In this document: piece by piece, positions 39,299 to 50,159 of the stretch
How positions within the stretch are numbered: the first letter of the stretch is position 1
How the letters are laid out: each line of letters opens with the position of its first letter
DNA from: an uncultured Planctomycetaceae bacterium
GTDB taxonomy: Bacteria > Planctomycetota > Planctomycetia > Planctomycetales > Planctomycetaceae
Length of the DNA stretch: 62,133 bases
Reading direction: 5' to 3'
Assembly (NCBI GenBank): GCA_963976765.1
Contig: CAXBME010000017.1
Coordinates: forward strand, 124,001-186,133
Position numbers and translations under genes: made by a program
The notes under the pieces: generated by a model
Seen by the model: the letters and a program-made list of their open reading frames with translations, nothing else
What the model was told of the DNA's origin: nothing
Database searches by the model: none

Positions 39299-41176
39299 AT
39301 GGACGAATATTTTCAACGGCTCGCTGACTGGATTGATCTGGAGTCAGTGGCCGAGGCTGAACGACTCAATGAGCGACGGAAACGGCAAAACGGGCCCGAT
39401 GCGGAAAAGTCGGGCGAAACACTGCTGGACCTCGTCGTGACCGATGAGGATGCCGGGTTGGGTGGGCGATACCTGATCACACTCGTTAAACGAAACCGGA
39501 CGTTGCAGTTGCCATGGAATCGTCTTCGTGTCGGGTCGCCAGTTGTTCTGACACCGAACGATGATTCATCGGGTGATGCCTGCCAGGGAGTTGTGACAGC
39601 GATCAGCCGACAATCAATTCAGGTCGCAGTGAACGACTGGCCGGAAGCCGAGCGACTGCGAATCGATCTTTCGCCAGACGAGATTACTCGAAAAAGAATG
39701 CTGAACGCGTTGAAACGAGCGAAAGGCGCTCGCGGACGGACGAAAGAACTTCGAGATGTTCTGCTGGGCGAACGCGACCTCTCGTTCAAGGAAGAAGAAG
39801 ACTGCCATTTCACCGCAGAGCTGAACGAGTCGCAGCAGGCAGCGATCCGGTTTGCCTTGTCGGCGTCAGACGTTGCCATCATTCATGGGCCACCGGGGAC
39901 AGGCAAAACGACGACGATTGTTGAACTGATCTGCCAGGCGATTGCAAAGGGGCAGAAGGTGCTGGCCTGCGCACCGAGCAACACTGCGGTCGACAATCTG
40001 CTGGAAAAGCTGGTCGATGCTCGGCAGAAAACCGTTCGGCTGGGGCATCCGGCGCGAGTCAGCACGCGGCTGCAGGATTACACACTGGACGCTCAGGTCG
40101 CTCGGCACGATCTGACCGGATTGATCCGCGAAATGCAACGAGAAGCTGAAGGCCTGTTTCGACAGGCCGGCAAGTTTACTCGTGCAAAACCCGCGCATGG
40201 TGCAAAACGCGAAATGCGACAGGAAGCAAAACGGCTGAAGGCAGATATTCGAATGCTGGAACAGCAGGCGATCGATTCAATCGTCGACAAAGCCGATGTT
40301 GTTTGTGCAACGACGACGCTCGACGAATCGTTGCTGGGCGATCGCCACTTCGATCTGGTCGTTATTGACGAAGCGTGCCAGAGCACTGAGCCTGGGTGCT
40401 GGTTGCCGGTTCTGAGAGCTGATCGACTCGTACTGGCTGGCGACCATTGTCAGCTTCCGCCGACAGTACTGTCGAAGCAGGCGGCGAAGGAAGGGTTGGA
40501 AGTCAGTCTGCTGGAACGGCTGGTCGGTCTCTATGGAGACCGCATCACTCGACGGCTCAATACGCAGTATCGAATGCACGATCAGATTATGAACTTTTCA
40601 TCCGAGCAGTTTTACGAGGGGACTCTACAATCGCACGATTCCGTCAGTGGTCACCTTCTGAGCGACCTCGACTATGTCGATGAGAATTTCGTAACGATCG
40701 AGCCAGTGACCTTCATCGATTCAGCAGGAGCAGGCTGGGACGAGGAACTTGAACCGGATGGGCTCAGTAAAAGGAATCTGCAGGAGGCAGAACTGGTTCT
40801 TCGAAAGATCACCCAGTTGCAGGACACGGGCGTGAGAGGTCGAGACATCGCGGTCATCGCGCCTTACGCCGCACAGGTTCGGTGGCTGCGGCAGAACTCG
40901 CCGGACGAACGAGTTGAAATCGACACGGTCGACGGGTTTCAGGGCCGCGAGAAAGAAGCAGTGATTATCTCGATGGTTCGCTCGAATGCCGACGGAGAAA
41001 TCGGTTTTCTGTCAGACGCCCGGCGAATGAATGTCGCTCTGACCCGCGCCCGCCGAAAGTTGATCGTCATCGGTGACAGCGCGACCGTCGGCGGCAACGA
41101 ATTCTTCGCCGCGATGCTGGAATACTTCGAGTCGATCGGCGCTTACCACACGGTATGGGAAGAAACCGGGGCGTAA
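39299..41176 (+). CDS. SF1 helicase, IGHMBP2/Upf1-like
   Basis: LNESQ, IHGPPGTGKT, APSNTAVD, IDEACQ, GDHCQLPP, QYRM, TVDGFQGREKE and RRMNVALTRA. Confidence 0.93.
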   Translation: MDEYFQRLADWIDLESVAEAERLNERRKRQNGPDAEKSGETLLDLVVTDEDAGLGGRYLITLVKRNRTLQLPWNRLRVGSPVVLTPNDDSSGDACQGVVTAISRQSIQVAVNDWPEAERLRIDLSPDEITRKRMLNALKRAKGARGRTKELRDVLLGERDLSFKEEEDCHFTAELNESQQAAIRFALSASDVAIIHGPPGTGKTTTIVELICQAIAKGQKVLACAPSNTAVDNLLEKLVDARQKTVRLGHPARVSTRLQDYTLDAQVARHDLTGLIREMQREAEGLFRQAGKFTRAKPAHGAKREMRQEAKRLKADIRMLEQQAIDSIVDKADVVCATTTLDESLLGDRHFDLVVIDEACQSTEPGCWLPVLRADRLVLAGDHCQLPPTVLSKQAAKEGLEVSLLERLVGLYGDRITRRLNTQYRMHDQIMNFSSEQFYEGTLQSHDSVSGHLLSDLDYVDENFVTIEPVTFIDSAGAGWDEELEPDGLSKRNLQEAELVLRKITQLQDTGVRGRDIAVIAPYAAQVRWLRQNSPDERVEIDTVDGFQGREKEAVIISMVRSNADGEIGFLSDARRMNVALTRARRKLIVIGDSATVGGNEFFAAMLEYFESIGAYHTVWEETGA

Positions 41177-41388
41177 GATTTCGCGCGAAGAATTCACTAC
41201 CAGCCTGACTCACCGTGCGCCACTGGCTCAGCTCTTTCAGGGCGGCGACTTTTCGGCACCAAGGCGTTTCAGAATTGACAAAGCCAGGCGGCACGCGTTG
41301 CATCCTGGCTTGCTCAGCCCCTGCAGGTTCTGTCAGCGCGCACCGAGAGCACAACCAGCAGATCGATTCAGACAACTAATGCCGGCTG

Positions 41389-41928
41389 TTATGAAGCAGG
41401 AGCCAGGATCGTCGACATGGCTTTACCGCTTTCCATTCGTGGCGGCTGCTCGATGATGACTTCACCTTCCAGCATGTCGATGAAATGTTGAAGCAATTCA
41501 CGGCCTCGATCGTGGTGAGCATTTTCGCGTCCACGGAACAGGACGTTGACCTTTACCTTGTCGTGCTTAGCGAGAAACTCGCGAGCCTTGCGAACTTTCA
41601 CTTCGACATCGTGCTGGCCGGTTTTCGCTCGCATACGAATCTGCTTAACCTGAACGGAGTGCTGCTTGGCACCACTCTTCAGTTTCTTCTGCTTTTCGTA
41701 CTGCGACTTTCCGAAGTCCATGATCCGGCAAACTGGCGGACGAACTCCCGGGCTCACTTCGACAAGGTCCAACCCGGCTTCGAGCGCGAGTTCCTTGGCT
41801 TTGTGAGTCTCCATTTCGCCGAGCATTTCGCCGTCCTGATCGACGACGCGGATAGGCGTGATCCGGATTCCGTCATTCATCCGTGGCAGATTGGTCTGCA
41901 CGGGCTGAGCAAACTGAGGTCGTCTGAT
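41389..41928 (-). CDS. infC: Translation initiation factor IF-3 with probable AUC start
   Basis: LDLVEVSP...PPVCRIMDFGK and DKVKVNVLFRGRE. GGAGGAG SD lies 6 nt before the in-frame ATC at 41928. Confidence 0.95.
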   Translation of the reverse strand: MRRPQFAQPVQTNLPRMNDGIRITPIRVVDQDGEMLGEMETHKAKELALEAGLDLVEVSPGVRPPVCRIMDFGKSQYEKQKKLKSGAKQHSVQVKQIRMRAKTGQHDVEVKVRKAREFLAKHDKVKVNVLFRGRENAHHDRGRELLQHFIDMLEGEVIIEQPPRMESGKAMSTILAPAS

Positions 41929-42229
41929 TGTGGTCTCCTCCAGAAAAAAGTTGGACGCATTTCACGGGAATGAATTTCGGGCGACAATCGTTGCCTGAAT
42001 TCTGTCGTGATGTTCACGATGCCGGAAGCGTCAGATGTTGAAATTCAGCCTCCCGGCAAGGGCCGGATATCGACTGCTGAGATACACTTTTTACGCTTGC
42101 AAAATATGTTCCGCAAGTAACTTACGACGAAAATCAGACTCCGGTCGCCACCGTTTGTGAAGACAGGTCAACCGAAAGTGATTTACAAAGTGGCACCGTT
42201 TTGAACGAATAATCGGCACGGGACATCCA

Positions 42230-43199
42230 TTACAACCACTTTTTCCGTTGCATATAGGCTGTCAGGCCGAGTGCCGTCGAGCCGGCCACGAGCCAGAACG
42301 TGAGGTAACCGTACTTCCAGTCAAGCTCCGGCATCACCCGAAAATTCATACCATAGACGCCCGCAATAAAGGTAGACGCCCGCAATAAAGGTCAGCGGCA
42401 GAAACAGCGTCCCCACAACGGTTAGCCGAGTCAGCAGGGCGTTCGTTCGATGCGTCACGATCCCCATGTAAAGGTGCAGGGACTCGGACAGAATTTCGCG
42501 CTCGGTTGTGACGTCGACGCTGAGGCGGTCCAGGAGCGAGGCTTTCTTTTCGAGGTACGGCTGTGTCGTTTCCGGGATGAACGGCGAAAGTCGCGTCGCC
42601 AGATCGTGAAGCACCTCGCGCGACGACACGATCACTTTGTAGAACTCAAGAATTGACCGAATCAGCCCGGCAACGACCGTGAAAATACGATCGTCATTGT
42701 CTTCATGGAAAAGTTGCGACTCGATTTCCTGAGTCCTTGTGGCCAGAGTCTGGACCAGAATGGTGTAGTTTTGTGTCAGATGGTCGGCCAGTTCGAAGAG
42801 CAGAAAACCTGGTGACAGCGCGATGTTTCGAAAGTTTTCGCGGCATGAAGTCAGGGCACCAACCACAAAAGCAGAAGGTTTTTTATGCACCGAAAACATG
42901 AAGCTCTGCCCGAAGTAGACGGTGACGGGTGACCTGGAAAACCGGCCATCGACCAGATCCACGTCGGCCAGCATGAACTGAATGCACTCCTTCTGAGCGT
43001 GAAACCGGATCGCTCCCGGTGTGCCGGCTTCTTCGTCAGGAACCCCGAAAAGTTTGAGGAACTCCCCCTTTCTCGAAACCTGCTCGCCAGTCAGGTTGAC
43101 CCAGCAGAAATCTCCGTCCTTCAAAGCGGCTGGCACGTCGCTCAGACCGATTTCCCGGTCGATTCGTTTCTCAAAATCGAAAGCAATCGCAGCAGGCAT
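42230..43199 (-). pseudogene. corA: CorA Mg2+/Co2+ transporter frameshifted by a 19-bp duplication
   Basis: LTVVGTLFLPLTFIAGVY, then frameshift. Removing one copy restores GVYGMNFRVMPELDWKYGY...KKWL* ending at 42230. Confidence 0.88.
42354..42391. repeat. Perfect tandem duplication, 2 x 19 bp TAGACGCCCGCAATAAAGG
   Basis: Read directly: 42354-42372 and 42373-42391. Confidence 0.97.
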
Positions 43200-43651
43200 C
43201 GAACGGGCATCCTCAGTATGAACTGCGTAATCGGACGTCAGGTTGGAACATGATTCACCGAAACTGAATGCTTTCAGAAGGACCGTTCGAATCTGGCAGC
43301 ATCTTATACTCAGGTCGCGTCAGAAACGCCGATCACGAAACCAACTGGCAGTGACAACAGTCAGAGCGATATGGGGGATCGTTCATGCGTGCGTCGATGT
43401 GGACATTGTGACAGCTTGGCTGGAAATGTCTGCTGCGGCATAGCGGTTGCTGGCCTGCGAACGCAGTTCCGGGCTGAAATCAGCGAATCCCTCTGGTAGA
43501 GTGATCGACTCTTTTTCATCCTGTCACCAGAATTTACGCTGCCAGCGGTTCCATCATTCGTCGACGATCCAAGGCCTTGCCCCTCGACAACGGATTCGAA
43601 CCGAAACGCTGGCAGTTTCACAAGCCCATCCTTCATCAGGAAGCTCTTCCG

Positions 43652-45403
43652 ATGAGCGTCTCGATCATTTCCTGCCCGTCCTGCAAATCGCTGATTCTGA
43701 GCGACACGATTCAGTGCCCTACCTGCAAGCATGTTCTGAAAGAAGAACTTGCCGACGGCATTGCCGCCGACCTTCCTGCTGTCGAGCGGGCCGCTGACGA
43801 AGTCGCTTGCCCGGACTGCGGCGAAAACGTTCGCAGTGGACTCGTGAGATGCTGGCGTTGTGGCGGTTTTCTTCGCGAAGACATTGCCGAGTCGTACCAG
43901 AAAATGCTGGACGCTCCGCAACAGGTAACTTTAAGCAAGACTCCGGACGAGCCCCCGTTGCCAGAGATGACCGATAACTCATTGGAGACAACGGACGACG
44001 ACTTTGAATTGGCCGATGGCCTGAACATGATTACTCAGGAAGAGCATGCGCAGGCTCAGGCAGCGCAGGCGTCGGCTGCACGAACTCCGAGCGAAATCTA
44101 TTCAATCAAGGGCCGGCCACAGAAAGTCGAGGCGGAGCCAGCGGCAGAGTCAAAAACTCCGACGCCCGCTGATTCCGGGATCCACAAAGAACCCGCGCCA
44201 GAAGCCAGCGCTGATGAAGGTGGCGCCGAAGCTCCACCGACGGAACAGCCGACCGAACCAGCCGAGTCAGCCCCGGTTCAATCAACAGGTGACCCGCTTC
44301 TGGATATCGCACTTCAGGAAGAAAACGAAGCAAAGCAGCGTCAGAAAGGTCGACGAAAGAAACGAGCGTCGGGTGAACGTCAGGCGATGCCGGGGTTCGT
44401 CTTTGTCTTCTGTCCGAACGGCCATCGAATTCAGGTCGAAGATCGTCATCGAGGACAGACCGGAAGATGCCCCCGTTGCAAGTCGTTCTTCCACGTGCCG
44501 GGAATCGACTGGGATGCTGAGAAACGAAAGAAGGAACAGGCCGAACTCGAGAAGAAGAAAGAGAGCCCCTACAAAGACTGGATGCTCGATATGCGGCTGC
44601 ATCAGGTCGACCCGACCAAATTGAAGCTCAAGCCTGGCAGTCTCGAAAAAGAGTTCCAGGAAGTTGACCTCGGATACACGACTGACAAAATCATAGTTGT
44701 TACCAATGGGAAGCAGGGTGCCGGTCTGTTCTCAGGTGAGAAGAACAAAAAGAAGGTTGAAGAACTTCGGGCCGCAATGCAGGATCACCTCCGTCTTGAA
44801 AAAGAAATTCTTGACCTGCCGGCTGCCGGTTATCGACTTTTCGGGAAGGACGACATGGAGAAGGTCACCGTCGTCCAACCGGCCGCCTACGCTCACGAGT
44901 CCATGTTTGCCGGTATTCCTGTGTTCGGTGTCGGGCGGATCGCCGTTCGATTGCCAGTCACAAGCCAGGACAAAGACGTCAAAGATATCCTGTTCGTCTC
45001 TTTCGGACTGTCAGATTTCCGTGAGTTTGCAAAACATCTTGACCAGATGTTTGAGGTCAAAGACTTGGGGCAGCTCGAAGGCGTTCCGCTTGAAGACAGC
45101 AAGTCGACTTACAAATGCCACTACAGTGACAGGAAGATTGAGTCGATCGAAACCACTGAGTTTCACACAACCGATCCAGGCATCGAACTGGAAATCGTCG
45201 GTCGGAAATGTCAGGGCTGCGGACTGGTTGTCAGCGAAGACAGTCGCAAGAAAGAGAAGCTTGGCGGTGCCAATGGCAAGGGTATTGCCAAGGCGAAGTG
45301 CCCCAAGTGCAAAGGTAAGTTCGGCGACACGATTCTTTACGCAATCAAGGAAGCGGAAGCTAAAGATGAAGGTCTGACCGAAACCGGCGGCATGAATTCT
45401 TGA
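43652..45403 (+). CDS. Multi-Zn-ribbon hypothetical protein
   Basis: CPSC/CPTC, CPDC/CWRC, CPNGH/CPRC and CQGC/CPKC with long acidic Pro-rich linkers. ATG 43652. Confidence 0.8.
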   Translation: MSVSIISCPSCKSLILSDTIQCPTCKHVLKEELADGIAADLPAVERAADEVACPDCGENVRSGLVRCWRCGGFLREDIAESYQKMLDAPQQVTLSKTPDEPPLPEMTDNSLETTDDDFELADGLNMITQEEHAQAQAAQASAARTPSEIYSIKGRPQKVEAEPAAESKTPTPADSGIHKEPAPEASADEGGAEAPPTEQPTEPAESAPVQSTGDPLLDIALQEENEAKQRQKGRRKKRASGERQAMPGFVFVFCPNGHRIQVEDRHRGQTGRCPRCKSFFHVPGIDWDAEKRKKEQAELEKKKESPYKDWMLDMRLHQVDPTKLKLKPGSLEKEFQEVDLGYTTDKIIVVTNGKQGAGLFSGEKNKKKVEELRAAMQDHLRLEKEILDLPAAGYRLFGKDDMEKVTVVQPAAYAHESMFAGIPVFGVGRIAVRLPVTSQDKDVKDILFVSFGLSDFREFAKHLDQMFEVKDLGQLEGVPLEDSKSTYKCHYSDRKIESIETTEFHTTDPGIELEIVGRKCQGCGLVVSEDSRKKEKLGGANGKGIAKAKCPKCKGKFGDTILYAIKEAEAKDEGLTETGGMNS

Positions 45404-45453
45404 CCATCGACCGCGAACCAGCATGGCAGTGGTCTGGAACAGGCTGCAAAAAA

Positions 45454-46098
45454 TCAACGGCGCTGACGGCCAGGGCGGCTGGCGATTGGCGGTCCCAGAA
45501 TCTCGTTGAGCAGGATCGCGTTGCGAAGACCGCCAGCATTTCGCAACAGTTGAGCTACCGAATGACCGTTGGTTGCATTCAGATCTGTCAGCGAAGACGT
45601 TGCCGCATGAATGTGAGGTTCAAGGTGTCGGTTCTGGACCGAGCTGTCAACATGACGATTGGCGACTTCGTGTCTTGAGCTGACTTCGCTCAGCTCGCTG
45701 GTTTCAAGATGTCGCTTTCTGACCGATTCTCGTTTTCGGTCCGCCTTTGCCTGACGCTTTTCATGCTCCCGTCGCGCACGGACCTGTCGCCGACGTTCAG
45801 CTTCTTCGTCAGAGTTTTTCCTGCGTCGCCGACGTTGCTGCTCGGCGTTGACCTGCCGAACGGGTGTCACCTCTTCGAAATCGCTCGGCGAAACTTCCTG
45901 GAGAAACGCGTCAATTTCGGATTGCAGGTCCGGGTTAACTTTCCCTTTGGCTGCAAAATCAGGCGAGTCGAAATTCGCCTTATTGGCTGCCGCTTTCCGT
46001 TCTTTGACGAAGTTGATGATCCCGCTGGCGATCGCGATCAGAACGAAAAGTATCGGCAGAAAATCGCCCGGAGCAGCCAGAATCGACGTTGTTGCCAT
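45454..46098 (-). CDS. Membrane-anchored charged protein downstream of floA (YqfB position)
   Basis: N-terminal TM, Arg/Glu-rich region, C-terminal LRNAILLNEILGPP. Confidence 0.72.
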   Translation of the reverse strand: MATTSILAAPGDFLPILFVLIAIASGIINFVKERKAAANKANFDSPDFAAKGKVNPDLQSEIDAFLQEVSPSDFEEVTPVRQVNAEQQRRRRRKNSDEEAERRRQVRARREHEKRQAKADRKRESVRKRHLETSELSEVSSRHEVANRHVDSSVQNRHLEPHIHAATSSLTDLNATNGHSVAQLLRNAGGLRNAILLNEILGPPIASRPGRQRR

Positions 46099-46185
46099 CG
46101 CTGGTTTCCCTCTCTGCCAGAACTCAAACCCGGCTGCACAGCCGACAGCAGCGGTTACCCAAAACGCGAACTGTTGCGAGCCAGC

Positions 46186-47283
46186 TTAGCCGCCTGGAGC
46201 AACGACTGACCGCGAAGATTCTGCCCTGTCAGTTATCGAAATCGACTCTCGCATCTTTGTATCAGCCTGAATGTTCTTGAGATCGTAGTAGTCGAGAATT
46301 CCCAATCGACCACTACGGAATGCTTCAGCCGTCGCTTTAGGAACTTCGGCTTCGGCCAGAACGACCTTCGCGCGAGATTCCTGGACCCGGGCGATCATCT
46401 CCTGCTCACGAGCTGTCGACACGGCTCGCAGCTCTTCTGCTTTTGCACGAGCGACTCTCATGTCTGCTTCGGCCTGGTCGGCCTGAAGCCGAGCTCCGAT
46501 ATTCTCTCCGACGTCGATGTCGGCAATGTCGATCGAGACGATCTCGAAGGCGGTATTCGCTTCCAGGCCTTGCGACAGGACGAGCTTTGAAATGGCGTCC
46601 GGGTTTTCAAGAACTGATGCATAGTTCGGGTTTGAGCCGATTGCCTGGACGATCCCCTGTCCGACACGAGCGATCACCGTTTCTTCCGTTGCACCGCCGA
46701 TCAGCTGCTTCAGGTTGGTACGGACGGTGACGCGAGCGCGGGCTCGCAATTGAATACCGTCACCGGCGACAGCGTCGAGAGTTCCGGCGTTCTTGTTCGG
46801 ATCCGGACAGTCGATCACTTTGGGGTGAACGCTGGTTTTAACGGCGTCCAGAATGTCCCGGCCTGCCAGGTCGATTGCCTGAGCGGTTTGCCAGTCGATG
46901 TCCAGACGCGCGCGGTGGGCGGCGATCAACGCACGAATAACGTTAGGAACGTTTCCACCAGCCAGGTAGTGCGCTTCCAGCTGGCGAGTGCTGATCGGAT
47001 AGTCCTTAAGCAGTCCAGCCTGAACGGCCATAATCTTGCTGCGAACGATGATCGTTGGATTGACCTTTCGCAGCGACATCATGACCAGATTCGGGAACGA
47101 GATGTTTGCCCGAGTCATCGTGCACTGAATCCACAGGCCGATGTACCGGAAGAAGACGACGACAAAAATCAGCATTAGAACCATCACGAAGATGGAGATG
47201 CCAATCATGAAGTTGCGACTGGTGTCGTCACCAGGGGCGGCCAGCAGACTGGTGACTGCCAGAAGCAATGTCGGATCAAACAT
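46186..47283 (-). CDS. floA: Flotillin-like protein FloA (YqfA family)
   Basis: [57 protein letters not shown] and NIQADT.MR. Confidence 0.94.
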   Translation of the reverse strand: MFDPTLLLAVTSLLAAPGDDTSRNFMIGISIFVMVLMLIFVVVFFRYIGLWIQCTMTRANISFPNLVMMSLRKVNPTIIVRSKIMAVQAGLLKDYPISTRQLEAHYLAGGNVPNVIRALIAAHRARLDIDWQTAQAIDLAGRDILDAVKTSVHPKVIDCPDPNKNAGTLDAVAGDGIQLRARARVTVRTNLKQLIGGATEETVIARVGQGIVQAIGSNPNYASVLENPDAISKLVLSQGLEANTAFEIVSIDIADIDVGENIGARLQADQAEADMRVARAKAEELRAVSTAREQEMIARVQESRAKVVLAEAEVPKATAEAFRSGRLGILDYYDLKNIQADTKMRESISITDRAESSRSVVAPGG

Positions 47284-47342
47284 GAGGTGTCCTTTTTGCC
47301 GGTTCCAGGTTCCGTCGCCTGGAGATCATAATTCGATCGAGC

Positions 47343-47999
47343 TTAAACGTTCTCGGGAATGTCGAAATCGATCGGGTTATCATTTGCTGCGTCAGTTGCC
47401 GTTGTATCGGCGCCCCCGCTGCCGCCTCGATTTGGCTCTTCGTTCAGTGCCGCAGTCTTAAGACTCGCGGTCGACTGTGCAATCCTGTCGTGAAGTTCGG
47501 CGGATCTGACGACCAGCCGGTTCCCCTTGACGCCGACGACCACAACTTCCTGGTCGGCGTGAATAAGGGCTCCGTCGCTTTCCGCGTGAAACTTTTCAAG
47601 CCCGACCTGCACCATGCCGCCGGGCGAGAACATCGTCGTTGTTTTACCGCGAGAGCCAATCAATCCGTTGAGCCGAGTTGCTTCTTCCTGAAACGGAGTC
47701 ACCTCTTCCAGCGACTGCGGAATGGCCAGCACCGATTTGCCGTACGACGTTCTGGGGAAGATGTAGACCGTTCCCGAAATTGTCGTCGGCAGCAGAATCA
47801 GCATTCCGAACACGTAACCCCACCACCAGATGGTCGCTCCCGTCTGATACCAGCCTTTCCAGGCACAGAACGTGGCGACAAGGTAACAGAGGATCGACGC
47901 AGCAGTGAGAATCCCGGCCGAGGGGATAAAGACTTCGCAAATCAGGAATCCTGTCCCCAGTGCCACCATCATGAAGACGATCAGCCCGTAGCTTTCCAT
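47343..47999 (-). CDS. Short NfeD-family membrane protein
   Basis: EVFIPSAGIL, 3 TM segments, and a C-terminal OB fold (G.TTTMFSPGG...VVVVGVKGNRLVV); upstream of floA. Confidence 0.85.
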   Translation of the reverse strand: MESYGLIVFMMVALGTGFLICEVFIPSAGILTAASILCYLVATFCAWKGWYQTGATIWWWGYVFGMLILLPTTISGTVYIFPRTSYGKSVLAIPQSLEEVTPFQEEATRLNGLIGSRGKTTTMFSPGGMVQVGLEKFHAESDGALIHADQEVVVVGVKGNRLVVRSAELHDRIAQSTASLKTAALNEEPNRGGSGGADTTATDAANDNPIDFDIPENV

Positions 48000-48325
48000 T
48001 GCGTGCGCCTCGTACGATCTACTGGAACGGCTGTTGATTCCTGAAGTAACTGTCCGCTCGATGCGTCACCAGAAAGCATCCCTCTTTCTGTGCTGAAGGA
48101 GTGTATCCGAACGGTGCTTTCCAGCAACGGCTCACAGAATCGTGCGTCGATTCGCTGTCGACAAGTACGAACGGAATTCAGATTGGATCATGCGAGGTCG
48201 GGACGGTTCCAGGCTGGCGGCGACACGATTGGTGATTAGACTCACTGCCCCAACCGCTCAAGTCACGGTCCGCCATGGCGCGGCTGACGCTTTCGACAGC
48301 CCGGTCTCAGTAATTTGGAGAATCG

Positions 48326-49900
48326 ATGTCCCGGTCCACATTCCTGGTGCTCTTTCTGGCATTACTTGCTGGTTATTCGAACCGCTGCTCGGCGCAGCAC
48401 GATCCACAGCGTGACGCGACGCGATTTGTGGCCGCCGGCCAGTTCGACAAAGTCGACAAAGAACTCGCCCCCGCTGATGCGGAAGAGCCGGAAACCCATT
48501 TCGTTCGGATGATGAGTTCGCTTCGTCAGGGAAACGTCAACGATGCCGTTGAGCATGCAAAGACGGCTCTCGATAAAGGGCTGGTCTTTGATCGTTTTGT
48601 TGCCGGACCGCGTGACGTACTCGCCCCTTTGTACGAGACGGAAGAGTTCAAGAGTTGGCAGGGAAAGCACAAGCCGGAAGTGTTAATCCACGGGCCGATG
48701 GTTGGATCGGTCACAGACTCCGGAGCGTCGTTCTGGATCCGCACGGCGAAAGAGTCGACATTCGCGGTTCGCGTATTTCCAATGGACGGCGACTTTCCAG
48801 TTTCGATTTCATCCCCGGTCACCACAAAAGCGGAAGACGACTTTACAGGCATTGGAATCGCTCAGGGCCTTCAGCCAGGAACCCGCTACCGGTACGCCAT
48901 CGAGATTGACAGCAAGCTCTACGTGATGGACAAGCCAACTTTCAGAACGTCACCAAAGCAGCACTCCGCTGGTGAATTCAGTGTCGGCTTTGGAGGCGGA
49001 GCGGGCTACGTGCCCGAGTGGGAGTACATGTGGGATACGATCAGCAAGGCCGACCCGCACGCGTTTCTGATGCTCGGAGACAACGTCTACATCGACGATC
49101 CCGAACACGACCTCACGATGAAATACTGCTACTACCGTCGGCAGTCTCGACCTGAATGGCGACGCTTCATTTCGTCGAGAAGCATCTACTCGATCTACGA
49201 TGACCACGACTTTGCCACCAACGATTGCGTACCCGGCCCGGAAATCGACAGCCCGGCATGGAAGCGTCCGGTCTGGAATGTCTTCCGTCAGAACTGGGTG
49301 AATCCGGCGTACGGCGGCGGCGAAAAGCAGCCCGGCTGCTGGTACGACTTCTACATTGGCGACGTCCATTTCATCATGCTCGACGGTCGTTACTACCGAA
49401 CCCGCAAGCCTGAACCGACAATGCTCGGCCCCGTGCAGAAGGCCTGGCTGAAGGAAACATTGAAGAACTCACGTGGCACGTTCAAAGTGCTGGCTTCACC
49501 AGTGCCCTTTACGGAGAACATCAAGCCGGGCAGCAAAGATCCGTGGGACGGCTTCGCGAAGGAACGCGAGGAAATCTTCTCGTACATCGAGACTCAGAAA
49601 ATTAACGGAGTGTTCCTGGTCGCCGCCGACCGCCACCGCACGGACCTTCGCATCACAAGCCGCGACAACGGCTACGACCTTTACGAGTTCGAAAGCTCGA
49701 AGCTCACGAACCGACACACACATCCGGTTGTGAAGACGCCAGGCCTCGTCTGGGGGCACAGCAAAACCTGCTCGTACGCCCTGATGAAATTCAACACGAA
49801 GGCACAAGATCCGACCGTCCGCTTCGAGGCGATCACTATCGACGGCGAAGTCCTGCACACTCACGATCTGAAACTCAGCACGATCACTCGCAGTGAGTGA
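48326..49900 (+). CDS. PhoD-family alkaline phosphatase/phosphodiesterase, secreted
   Basis: HGPMVGSVT (FN3-like domain), LMLGDNVYID, YDDHDFATND, MLDGRYYR, MLGPVQ..WL and ADRH. Confidence 0.88.
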   Translation: MSRSTFLVLFLALLAGYSNRCSAQHDPQRDATRFVAAGQFDKVDKELAPADAEEPETHFVRMMSSLRQGNVNDAVEHAKTALDKGLVFDRFVAGPRDVLAPLYETEEFKSWQGKHKPEVLIHGPMVGSVTDSGASFWIRTAKESTFAVRVFPMDGDFPVSISSPVTTKAEDDFTGIGIAQGLQPGTRYRYAIEIDSKLYVMDKPTFRTSPKQHSAGEFSVGFGGGAGYVPEWEYMWDTISKADPHAFLMLGDNVYIDDPEHDLTMKYCYYRRQSRPEWRRFISSRSIYSIYDDHDFATNDCVPGPEIDSPAWKRPVWNVFRQNWVNPAYGGGEKQPGCWYDFYIGDVHFIMLDGRYYRTRKPEPTMLGPVQKAWLKETLKNSRGTFKVLASPVPFTENIKPGSKDPWDGFAKEREEIFSYIETQKINGVFLVAADRHRTDLRITSRDNGYDLYEFESSKLTNRHTHPVVKTPGLVWGHSKTCSYALMKFNTKAQDPTVRFEAITIDGEVLHTHDLKLSTITRSE

Positions 49901-50159
49901 ACCGCTTCCGGAAAAGTCCAACAGAAAAATGCCCGGTACTCGGCGGACTTCTTTCTGGTCAGTCAAAGTGGCTTTCAGATGGAAAGCAGATATTCGCGAC
50001 CGGCGAGAGGATCCAGATCGTCGATGCAGCGAATCTCGCCGTTTCAGCCTGAATCTGGGAGACGGCGATCGGAAAGATCGTCGCAACGCTGTCAAAACTG
50101 CGCGGAACGCACACAACTTATCACTGCGTGCATTTCTCGCCGGCGACGGAAACAAGTGA
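49893..50159 (+). CDS. Possible small basic hypothetical protein
   Basis: Overlaps the phoD stop by 8 nt, consistent with coupling; no recognisable motif. Confidence 0.3.
   Translation: MSEPLPEKSNRKMPGTRRTSFWSVKVAFRWKADIRDRREDPDRRCSESRRFSLNLGDGDRKDRRNAVKTARNAHNLSLRAFLAGDGNK

Noticed and set aside
39299..41176. SF1 helicase as a defence system
   Set aside because: No fused or adjacent nuclease or effector; solo IGHMBP2-like helicases are common.
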